A stretch of DNA of 64,000 nt from Candidatus Dojkabacteria bacterium (GTDB lineage: Bacteria > Patescibacteriota > Dojkabacteria > J137): positions 103,772 to 167,771 of the forward strand of contig JBDTVZ010000001.1 of assembly GCA_040006935.1 (NCBI GenBank), given 5' to 3'. The notes under the pieces are model-generated. The model saw only the letters and a program-made list of their open reading frames with translations. It had not been told where the DNA came from and made no database searches. A program made the translations under genes and the position numbers. The stretch's first letter is position 1, and every line of letters begins with the position of its first letter. Of the stretch, positions 42,753 to 51,800 are shown piece by piece.

Positions 42753-42923
42753 TTACATAGTTGGTGCAGCTGGAGTTGGTTCCATTGGTGCTGGCATTGT
42801 AGTATCCATCTTACATGTGCATCCTTCGCAATTGCATCCTTCAGGTGAATTCATGTGACTGCAAGCAGCACAATTCATATCTGTCGAACATTCTGCGCAT
42901 GAGCAAGTACATCCTCCTTCCAT
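42753..42923 (-). CDS. metallothionein-like small protein (56 aa, 10 Cys), not in the ORF track
   Basis: MEGGCTCSCAECSTDMNCAACSHMNSPEGCNCEGCTCKMDTTMPAPMEPTPAAPTM*. Confidence 0.8.
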   Translation of the reverse strand: MEGGCTCSCAECSTDMNCAACSHMNSPEGCNCEGCTCKMDTTMPAPMEPTPAAPTM

Positions 42924-42984
42924 ATATATAAAATAATAAATATATAATTATATTTAACCACTTTAACTAAATTTTTACAACATA

Positions 42985-43311
42985 CTACTGCTCGCCGTAA
43001 AACCTTGGGCTGGAATGTTCATATGAAAATGCAATACCTTTTACAAAACTTTTAGGACCAACTTCCGTAATTACTGAAAATCCTGAATTTATAATTATTT
43101 TCTCTATTTCTTTATATTCTGTAATATTATTTTTATACTTCAAGTTGAGATAACTGATCAGGCTGGGATAACCAGTTTGTTCGGGTAAACCTAGATTCTT
43201 AATTAATTGAATAAAAGCAGATTCCTCGATCTCATATGGATCAATATCTGACATATGAACTGCTGTTTCTGGAGTCCCGGTTACTTCTACATCTAGTAGT
43301 TGAACTGCCAT
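42985..43311 (-). CDS. hypothetical protein
   Basis: 108-aa ORF, no motif. Confidence 0.55.
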   Translation of the reverse strand: MAVQLLDVEVTGTPETAVHMSDIDPYEIEESAFIQLIKNLGLPEQTGYPSLISYLNLKYKNNITEYKEIEKIIINSGFSVITEVGPKSFVKGIAFSYEHSSPRFYGEQ

Positions 43312-43329
43312 ATTAAATAGGTAAGAAAT

Positions 43330-43354
43330 AAAAAAAGACCCTCGCGGGCCTTTT
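43330..43354 (-). terminator. intrinsic terminator after ppa
   Basis: AAAAGGCCC-GCGA-GGGTCTTTTTTT on the minus strand. Confidence 0.75.
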
Positions 43355-43360
43355 AATTAA

Positions 43361-43999
43361 TTACTCTTCTGATCCTTCTTCATCATGATCGTGGTCATGC
43401 ATGTCCTCCTCAAATTCCTCCAACTTAGGAGCATAGTCCTTTTGGTATCTTTCAGCACATTCATCTATAATTTTTACTGCTTCCGTAGCATCAAAAAAAC
43501 CTTTCACTATGCAAGTTCCTGGTTTTTTAAGATCTTTATAATGTTCAAAATAATAGCCAACTTCTTTTACCCAATGTCCTCCTAAATCTTCAATTTTCTG
43601 AATATGATCCATTCTTTTATCATCGTTTATTACTGTTACAACTTTATCATCAATTTCTCCTCCATCTTCAAATCTCATAATTCCAATAATTCTTGCTTCT
43701 ACTAACGATCCTGGAATCAATGGCTCTGTAACATTAGCAATTACAAAATCTAATAAATCTCCATCATGATCCCAAGTTTGTGGAATTGCGCCGTACGCAA
43801 CTGGATATGTTAGAGAACTGTATCCAACTCGATCTAACTTAAGTTGTCCGGATTCTGTAATTAATTCATACTTATTTATTGTATTAGAATTAATTTCAAC
43901 AATTCCGTTTATTACTTTTTTATCTTCATCTGTATATGGATCTAATACATGTTGAAGATTAAGCATGTAAATTGATGGTGGTGTTTTAATGTTTGCCAT
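43361..43999 (-). CDS. ppa: inorganic pyrophosphatase (family I)
   Basis: KYE...LDR...YP..YG.IPQT...DGDLLD; D.GEIDDK; FEHYK. Confidence 0.93.
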   Translation of the reverse strand: MANIKTPPSIYMLNLQHVLDPYTDEDKKVINGIVEINSNTINKYELITESGQLKLDRVGYSSLTYPVAYGAIPQTWDHDGDLLDFVIANVTEPLIPGSLVEARIIGIMRFEDGGEIDDKVVTVINDDKRMDHIQKIEDLGGHWVKEVGYYFEHYKDLKKPGTCIVKGFFDATEAVKIIDECAERYQKDYAPKLEEFEEDMHDHDHDEEGSEE

Positions 44000-44210
44000 A
44001 GAATTTATTGTTATGAAATAGGTACAGTGAGTTTAACTTATTTTACTTTTACCATCAAGGTCGAATAAAGCTATTTAGTACTTTATATGGCAATTTAGCT
44101 ATCAGACCTGCTATAATATGGTGTTGGTGAAGTTTGGCGACAGACTATGTAGATGAATTTTGACATTATAAAGACAATCCTATAATATTTGTATTAGATT
44201 AAATAAGAAT

Positions 44211-45020
44211 ATGAATGAATCAAATTTAGATTCACAATTAGATATATTCTACGGAAGAGTTTCTTCGCATGTACTTGAAAAGTTGAATAATCTAATAAGA
44301 AATTCCCCCGAAGATGTTAACCTGTCAAGATTCCTTGGTTTGATGGAGAATGACACAAACGCCAGAAGCTATGTGATCAACAACGTTCTAAATAATAACA
44401 CCATTTCCTTTGGAATGAAATCAGATGCAGAATTAAGACAGATGTTAATGAATGCATATGCTGAGCTGAAGATAATTGGTGATACAACCCCAATTAATCT
44501 TACTGACAGTACTCCATCTAGATTAATTGAACCTCAGCAAGATCCTGTGTTGTCATCTATAAGCTATAAGCAACAAGCAGAACTTTTAAAGGGAGTGCTA
44601 GAAACACAAGAAATAAACCTTGTTGGAATAATTAATCAAGGTACAACTAAATACTTAGTCAATCAAATGGTTACTTCATTAGAAGGCAATATAAACCCTG
44701 GAAAAACATCAGTCGAAGATCACACAATTCGAAATACACTTACTAAAATATTTCTAAGTACAACTCAGTTAATTTCTCTCAAAAAAAGATTGAATAAAAA
44801 GGAAGAATATTCAGATTTGATAAATGATGTTGATAATTTTATAAATAAGTATGTAGCAGAAATGAATTCACATTTTCTTGAAGCAGGTACTAGCGAAGAG
44901 TTATCAAGTATATTTAATCATTCTCCACATAAATTTACAGAAAGTTTCAATAGAGTATTGGAGGAAGAAGCTTCTAGAACTTATAGAGAGATTGGTGTAA
45001 AGTTGCCTACATTGAGTTAA
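44211..45020 (+). CDS. hypothetical protein (tandem paralog A)
   Basis: shares K.S..[DE]HTI...T..F and IGV.LP with the next ORF. Confidence 0.7.
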   Translation: MNESNLDSQLDIFYGRVSSHVLEKLNNLIRNSPEDVNLSRFLGLMENDTNARSYVINNVLNNNTISFGMKSDAELRQMLMNAYAELKIIGDTTPINLTDSTPSRLIEPQQDPVLSSISYKQQAELLKGVLETQEINLVGIINQGTTKYLVNQMVTSLEGNINPGKTSVEDHTIRNTLTKIFLSTTQLISLKKRLNKKEEYSDLINDVDNFINKYVAEMNSHFLEAGTSEELSSIFNHSPHKFTESFNRVLEEEASRTYREIGVKLPTLS

Positions 45021-45050
45021 GATTAATTTAGTAAATTTTAATTAATACAT

Positions 45051-45890
45051 ATGGATACTCTAAGTGGAAAATTAGAAAATTTAGAGAGTGGGCTTCCAAT
45101 AGAAGTTTATAATAAACTTCTCGAATTATATGAGTACGCAGAATCAAAGAATGATGTTGAGTTACTTCAAATGTTCGATGACGTGCAGAATAAAGAGACA
45201 ATTAGAAAAGTATTTTTTGGATACTTTAAGGATGAAGAATATGCCTGGCTAGCAACAGAACAAGAGCCCCCTCAACTTAAAAAGACTCTAATGATGCTTT
45301 ATGCTCAAGGAAAAACAGCTGTACAAAACGAAACGTATTCTAATGCATTAGCTTCTGTAACCTCCTTAGCTGGCAAAGGTTTTACAATTAGGGCACCTGA
45401 AATTACTGTGGAAATAGAGCAAATGCCTCTAGATGAAAAGGTAAAAGCTATATTATCAAAATTGAATGATAAAATTGAAGATATTAACTTAGGTAACCCT
45501 GAAGACAATATTGCTCAGAGTCTTAACAGAATATTTTCTAAAGGAGAAACAACAGGTACAGGTGGTACTGGAAGAGATAAAATGAGTATTGGTGAGCACA
45601 CTATCACAACAATATTTACAATTCTTTTCTCAAATCCACTCCTCTTGGATGGGTATATGAAAGAACTAGAAGCTCAAGAAAATCCAGAATATGATAATCT
45701 TATTAAAGATTGCAAATCCAGAAGCAAAGAATATGTAAATTTAGTGTGTGGACATTTACAAGGGGCTGTATCAAAGAGTAACTTGGCAGAAGAGATCAGT
45801 ATTGCAGAATTTATCAAGCTTTTCAATAAAGTTTTGGAAAGAGCTCCTGAGTTTGGATATATCGGAGTTGAATTACCAGCCTCTAACTAG
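45051..45890 (+). CDS. hypothetical protein (tandem paralog B)
   Basis: DKMSIGEHTITTIFTILF; FNKVLE; IGVELP. Confidence 0.7.
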   Translation: MDTLSGKLENLESGLPIEVYNKLLELYEYAESKNDVELLQMFDDVQNKETIRKVFFGYFKDEEYAWLATEQEPPQLKKTLMMLYAQGKTAVQNETYSNALASVTSLAGKGFTIRAPEITVEIEQMPLDEKVKAILSKLNDKIEDINLGNPEDNIAQSLNRIFSKGETTGTGGTGRDKMSIGEHTITTIFTILFSNPLLLDGYMKELEAQENPEYDNLIKDCKSRSKEYVNLVCGHLQGAVSKSNLAEEISIAEFIKLFNKVLERAPEFGYIGVELPASN

Positions 45891-45926
45891 TACACCGTCA
45901 GTTAGTTTTCTGCTAATATAGTTGTA

Positions 45927-46793
45927 ATGCCAAGTTACAACTATAAACAAAAATTATACATAGCTCTCGCAATTGGAATTTTCCTAACTATAAACCTAAT
46001 TGGGTTTCTTCTTGCTATTCCAACTTTATTCCCAGGCAAAGTTCAAGGTTCTTTTACAGATAATACTAGCGAGGCTGTATTGATAAATGGTGAGATAACA
46101 AAAAAATTTAATCCTACTGAAAACGAAGAAATCTCTACAAACACGGAGACACTATTTTTAAGAAATGTTAACTTTATTTTTCTTGCACTCCCACAATCTA
46201 AAACATCATTTGGAGATATCGATTCAGCAAATGTCCAATTTGGGGTTGGTTATATTGAAAACTATACTGAATTTGATTTAAGACTCAAAGATTGGTCGAT
46301 TACCTTATCACCATCTTCCAAAGTAATTTTTGATTCCAGTGAAGGAACAATTACAGTTTTAAAAGGAAGTATAAAAATAGCTGGCAAGGAATTCTACGCA
46401 GGCTTTATAGCAAGTTTAAATGACCCTGAACTAAAACCTTCCGTTATAAACAAAGATAATTTATTTAGTACAAACAAAGCAAAAGAAATAAATAAAATTT
46501 TAATAAGCAAAACTATTTTTCTACCTGAAATAAACTTTAATTCAAAACCTTTATTAAATATCGCTGGCAATCAACAAGAGATAATTACAAATGAAAATGT
46601 TTACAGAATTTCCGGAAATACTTCCAAATTAAATTCAGTTTATATTAATAATCAACCAATAGAAGTTAATCAAAATGGAGAATTTAGCAAAGTTCTTCCA
46701 CTTAGTAAAGGAATTAACTATTTTGAAATTACTGTGGTAGACGAACTAGCTAGTACTTACACTAAGAATATTAAAATAATTTTAAATAACTAA
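45927..46793 (+). CDS. membrane-anchored protein with C-terminal Ig-like domain
   Basis: TM; ISG.T...VYIN...V..NGEF...LPL.KG.N.FEI.VVD. Confidence 0.65.
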   Translation: MPSYNYKQKLYIALAIGIFLTINLIGFLLAIPTLFPGKVQGSFTDNTSEAVLINGEITKKFNPTENEEISTNTETLFLRNVNFIFLALPQSKTSFGDIDSANVQFGVGYIENYTEFDLRLKDWSITLSPSSKVIFDSSEGTITVLKGSIKIAGKEFYAGFIASLNDPELKPSVINKDNLFSTNKAKEINKILISKTIFLPEINFNSKPLLNIAGNQQEIITNENVYRISGNTSKLNSVYINNQPIEVNQNGEFSKVLPLSKGINYFEITVVDELASTYTKNIKIILNN

Positions 46794-46795
46794 GT

Positions 46796-47236
46796 ATGGA
46801 ATATCTAATGTTTGCTGGGTTAGTAATTTTTTCCGCATTTATTTGGGCACTATTAGAAGTACAAATAGAAGGGAAAAATGGTTGGGCAGGAGCATTACCT
46901 ACTTGGCGTTATAAAGTGTATATAAAATATATATGGGAACGAGAAATAACAGGTTATCACGTTTACTTAATGACATTCATTGCATTGCTGCTTCACAGCG
47001 TGTTCATTTATATTTCATGGAGTCTCAGATTAGAATTAAAAATAATCGCATTCTTCATAATTTTAGGAGTTATTGAGGACTTCTTGTGGTTTGTATTAAA
47101 TCCAGCTTTTGGGTTAAAAAATTTCAATAGAGAACACGTAGCCTGGCATACAATGTGGTTTCTCAGAATTCCAACATTTTACTGGGCCTTTCTTCCATTG
47201 GGGATTTTGATTTACGCGGTCAGCTTCACTATATAA
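46796..47236 (+). CDS. small multi-pass membrane protein
   Basis: EVQIEG..GWA..LPTW; EDFLWFVLNP; four TM segments. Confidence 0.7.
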   Translation: MEYLMFAGLVIFSAFIWALLEVQIEGKNGWAGALPTWRYKVYIKYIWEREITGYHVYLMTFIALLLHSVFIYISWSLRLELKIIAFFIILGVIEDFLWFVLNPAFGLKNFNREHVAWHTMWFLRIPTFYWAFLPLGILIYAVSFTI

Positions 47237-47308
47237 TTAAAAGAATCCGGAGTAACTTCATGCCTTAAATCTACTTAGCTGTTATAATTAATTCGAAATA
47301 AAACAATA

Positions 47309-47344
47309 TCATCGCGAGGTAAAGCAAGCTTTACCTCGCGATGA
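47309..47344. repeat. perfect GTCAT-family palindrome in the ychF leader
   Basis: TCATCGCGAGGTAAAGC-AA-GCTTTACCTCGCGATGA (17-bp stem). Confidence 0.75.
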
Positions 47345-47366
47345 CATAATTCTTAATTTATAATTG

Positions 47367-48437
47367 ATGAACCTTAGTCTCGGAATTGTTGGTTTGCCAA
47401 ATGTAGGAAAATCAACATTATTTAATGCATTAACTAAACAAAGCGTTCCTGCAGAGAATTATCCTTTCTGTACAATAGATCCCAACACGGGTATTGTTCC
47501 TGTAGCAGATAAACGAGTAGATCAAATTTCCGCTATTTCTAAGCCAGAAAAAATTATTCCAGCAGTTGTGGAGTTTGTAGATATTGCTGGACTTGTTAAA
47601 GGAGCTGCGAGCGGAGCAGGACTTGGGAATAAATTCTTAAGCCACATTAAAGAGGTCTCTGCTATCGTTCAGGTTGTAAGAGCATTTAATAACTCCAACA
47701 TTACTCATGTTGAGAATTCAGTGGATCCACGAAGAGATATTGAGTTAATCCAAACAGAACTAGCTTTGAAAGACATTGATACCGTAACTACAAGAGTTAC
47801 CTCGATAAGAAGCAGAGCTCGCTTCGACAAATTACTATTAGCTGAACTTGAGCATTTAGAATTATTACAAAAACATTTAGAGGGAGGTAAACTGGCTTTC
47901 GATTTTGAAAAACCAAAAGATGATGAGGTAATAAATGCGAGGAAATCTTTATTTTTACTATCTGATAAACCTGTAATATATCTTGTCAATTCTGAGGATC
48001 CAAAATCTGCAGATTTAATTAAAGATATTGTAGGGAATAAAACAGTTATAGTTATGGACGTAAAAACAGAAAGCGAATTGGCAGCCCTGAATGATGAAGA
48101 TCGAGCTATTTTCATGAAAGAATTTGGATTAGAAGAAACAGGTTTAGATAGATTAACAAATGCTGCATATGACACATTGGGATTAATGTCTTTTTTTACT
48201 GAAGGCCCAGAAGAAGTAAGAGCCTGGACTATTTTAAAAGGTTCTAAAGCACCGGAAGCCGGAGCTGCAATTCATACCGATTTTCAAAAGAAATTTATTG
48301 CCTGTGACGTTTGTTACTATCAAGACTTCCTTGATGCGGGAAGCTGGAACAAAGCGAAAGAATTAGGGAAAGTAGGATTGGAAGGAAAAGAGTATGTAGT
48401 AAGAGATGGAGATATTATGATTTTCCGACATGGTTAA
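47367..48437 (+). CDS. ychF: redox-regulated ATPase YchF
   Basis: GIVGLPNVGKSTLFNALT; NYPFCTIDPN; DIAGLVKGA; EGKEYVVRDGD. Confidence 0.97.
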   Translation: MNLSLGIVGLPNVGKSTLFNALTKQSVPAENYPFCTIDPNTGIVPVADKRVDQISAISKPEKIIPAVVEFVDIAGLVKGAASGAGLGNKFLSHIKEVSAIVQVVRAFNNSNITHVENSVDPRRDIELIQTELALKDIDTVTTRVTSIRSRARFDKLLLAELEHLELLQKHLEGGKLAFDFEKPKDDEVINARKSLFLLSDKPVIYLVNSEDPKSADLIKDIVGNKTVIVMDVKTESELAALNDEDRAIFMKEFGLEETGLDRLTNAAYDTLGLMSFFTEGPEEVRAWTILKGSKAPEAGAAIHTDFQKKFIACDVCYYQDFLDAGSWNKAKELGKVGLEGKEYVVRDGDIMIFRHG

Positions 48438-48859
48438 TTTTTTGGTGGTTTGGTATAGAATACAAACCTAGTTCCTCCAGAATATTTATACTGCACAAGC
48501 CATTGATCAAAAAGCTGTCTTGAAGAATCATCCTTTAATCCAACAGAAATTATATTAGTACCATCTTCATCAGGCCTCAACAATGCAATGCTAAACTCGA
48601 TACTATCGTATGGAAGATTATCCACTAGCTGCGTGCTATCGCTTTCGTACGTATTTTTATCCGGACTATAATTATCTCCATTTACAGTTTGACCTCTTCC
48701 TGCCCCATTAATACCGTTATTTTGATTATTAGTTGATGGAATAATATAGAAAAGAGTATTAATTACAACTAGAAGAGCAATAAAAAGACCCAGTAAAAGT
48801 AATCTTCTTTTTTTTATTCTTTCCCATAATTTTTTCAGATTTTCTTTTAACTTTTTCAT
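48434..48859 (-). CDS. single-TM protein, probably co-transcribed with the giant hydrolase
   Basis: basic N-terminus plus TM; LVDNLPY. Confidence 0.7.
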   Translation of the reverse strand: MKKLKENLKKLWERIKKRRLLLLGLFIALLVVINTLFYIIPSTNNQNNGINGAGRGQTVNGDNYSPDKNTYESDSTQLVDNLPYDSIEFSIALLRPDEDGTNIISVGLKDDSSRQLFDQWLVQYKYSGGTRFVFYTKPPKN

Positions 48860-48860
48860 A

Positions 48861-51800
48861 TTAATAATAAGCTCCTATTTCATTACTAATTCTACAAATA
48901 TTTAAAGGAAAATGTGGATTATTTTGGAAACTTGTACAATTTGGCCTTCCAACTTCCCCCGAATATGTACACATGTAAGGCACAAAATCCGGGAATTCAG
49001 AAATATATGTACTCAAACAATCTATTTGCTCAGAAATATGATTCATCATTGCATTTTGATCGTGTCTATCTAACCCTCCTAGTTCACCAGTTGGCCTTCC
49101 ATCTCTAAAATAAACACAACCTAGTCCCCAATTTCCTACTGCAGAGCCCCCTGTTTCCTCTAGCCATTCAGTAATTACGAATCTTGGATTAATACCTAAC
49201 TGCTTAGCTTTGTTTACAACAAAATTGTAAACTGTTGGATCATTTATAAATGTATAGCTTTGATTACTATCACTATTATAAGCTCTTCCGTAAATATCTA
49301 AGTAAGGTTTTATAGTATTAAAATCTGCATTTTCATTTGCATTTGTTAAAGCAATATCACATCCAATAATACCTTTTCCAGATGGATCACCATGTCCACT
49401 GACTACAGAACCAGTTATAGAACAATTCAAACCAGTAGTTCCACCTGAACCAGTTGGCGAAGAGACCGGAGTAGTACTAGAACCACTGAACAACTGATCC
49501 CCTGTTAATCCTGCAGGTTTACTACAAGCATTATCCTGCAATTTAAATCCTGAATCTGAATTCGTTACACAATATCCAGAATCCGCACCCACAACAGTTC
49601 CATTCGGAATAGGAGAACCATCATCTGCAATTGGTGCTTTTAAATTACAACCAAGTGCCTGTCCATAAAGATAATATGGATCTATATTTTGACCATCTTT
49701 TGTAGCACTTACATGCAAGTGAATATTATTATTGTCGTACGCAAGTCCTGGATATGATTGTTGTGTCGCTATCTCAGTCATAACTTGGCCAACATTCACA
49801 TGATCGCCAACTTGAATCTGCATCTTTGACCTTGCAGTATGCTGGAGCTTATACAGAATTCCAGAATTTCCTAAAAGTTCTATAAACGTTCCTTGGTTTC
49901 CATTGTCCGCTATATTTTGTATAACACCACTTTCCGGAGCGACAACTCGTAAATCTCTCCTAGCCGGATCATCCGACCCACCTACGAAATAGGGATATAA
50001 ATCTGCTGGGAGAGAAGATTCTACACAATGTGTAAAATCACCAGTAGCACCTTGGAAGCATCGGTGTCCTGTTGGTAGTGGGCATGTTGTACCTGAAATA
50101 TTTCCAGCAGGGGTTGTTGTGGGCGTTGAAGTACATTGCCTTTCACAAGCACCTTCAACTGTATAACCTCGTCTACATAGTTCTACTTCGAATTTATTCG
50201 ACTTTCTATTATCAGTGATATCCGTAATGCAATTGTAGTTTTCTCCTGAGACTTTATAATCATAGGGCCATAATTGATTTATAAGATCAGTCACAGATTT
50301 CTCTAAATTATCTCCAGTTAGTTTTGGATCAGTTGATTGTAAATACGTTCTTATGGAATTTTTAATACTATCACTTCCTAAAAGTTGTGTTTTAGTATAT
50401 TTCTTACCAATTTCCATTTGATCGCATGTTAGTAAAGGCAAGCTTGTATATTGACTTGCTAATCCACTTATAACAATCTGCTGTCTTTCACTATTAGGCT
50501 CGCCACCTTGTTGATAAAAAGGATTATTTATTCTTTGTTCTCCCGAAAGTTGGGTATTATTCTGATAAACACTCCAATATTCCTGGAATAAATCTAAATT
50601 CCCCAACCAATCATAATAATAATCAGTCTCCTTTTGAGAAGAAACACCTCTCCCGAGAGTTACTTCGTTATTAAATAAATTAGATTCTGTCACAGTTGCT
50701 GTGGATCTTGGATTATTTTCAATGTCACTTAAATATGTTCTTTCAGGATCAGTAGCTTTGAAATTTGAATCCCTTTGCTCTTGGGACGAATTATTTCCAT
50801 CTCTTAAAATAGAATATCCTTCAACTTTCCAGCCTAAATTATTATTAACTACTAATTTAAGATTTCTACTTTTGATTGAATTGCTCAGCCTTTGATAAGT
50901 TCTATAAAGTGAGTCATATATATTTGGTATATCCATGGCACTTGGCAAAGCTGCAAAACTATTATCATGGTAGTAAATTCTATCGCTTCCTTGTGAGCCA
51001 TATTCAAAACAGCTACTCCTCATTTCCGGTCCTGCATTAGCAAGGAGATACTGATTAAGTTGGCATTTACCATTTTTAATATCACTGTCTGAACATGGTG
51101 CAAATGTTGCACAACTAAATGTTCCTACATTCGTACTCACAACTTCATCAGTTTTAACACTACAATTTATAGATGAGCTGGCAACCAGTTTTGAACCTGG
51201 ATCTACATTCCTTTCAGAATATAACGAACACATATGGCTACTATTTCCCAAACTTACTGTCTGTGTTCCCATCTGAACTTCGGGACCATAAATGTAATCG
51301 TCTGAATTTTTAAGATATTTCAAATCAGAATTAGCTTCCGGGACATCGATATAATCTTGTGGAGTAGAGAATGGATTATAATCTCTCACAATCTTCACTT
51401 CATTCACAGGACATTTATCTACAATCTGCCCTCTAAAAAATAAAGTTCTTTCATCAGGAATATATTCTTTCCCATCTCTTTCCAGAGCATAACATGTTGA
51501 GCTATCATCTTCTCGAGCAACATTTTGTTTAAGTAAATCTCCTTGAATATCGGTATCCGTATTTTTTATAACAGTCCCAGGATTTATATATGCTTGTAAA
51601 GCAGGTATATTAGAAAAATCGGTAGAATATTTTATCAATTCACTCGAACAATTTATTGCAGAACCAAGCCAAGGCATTGGGTAGTCTCCAATTTTCCCTG
51701 CAAATTGATTCAGGGGATCATAAACGTCATTATTCATCATGGAAGCTACGTTTGCACAAATCGGAACAAAGTTTTTAGTTTCTGTTCCAAAGCTAGAATT

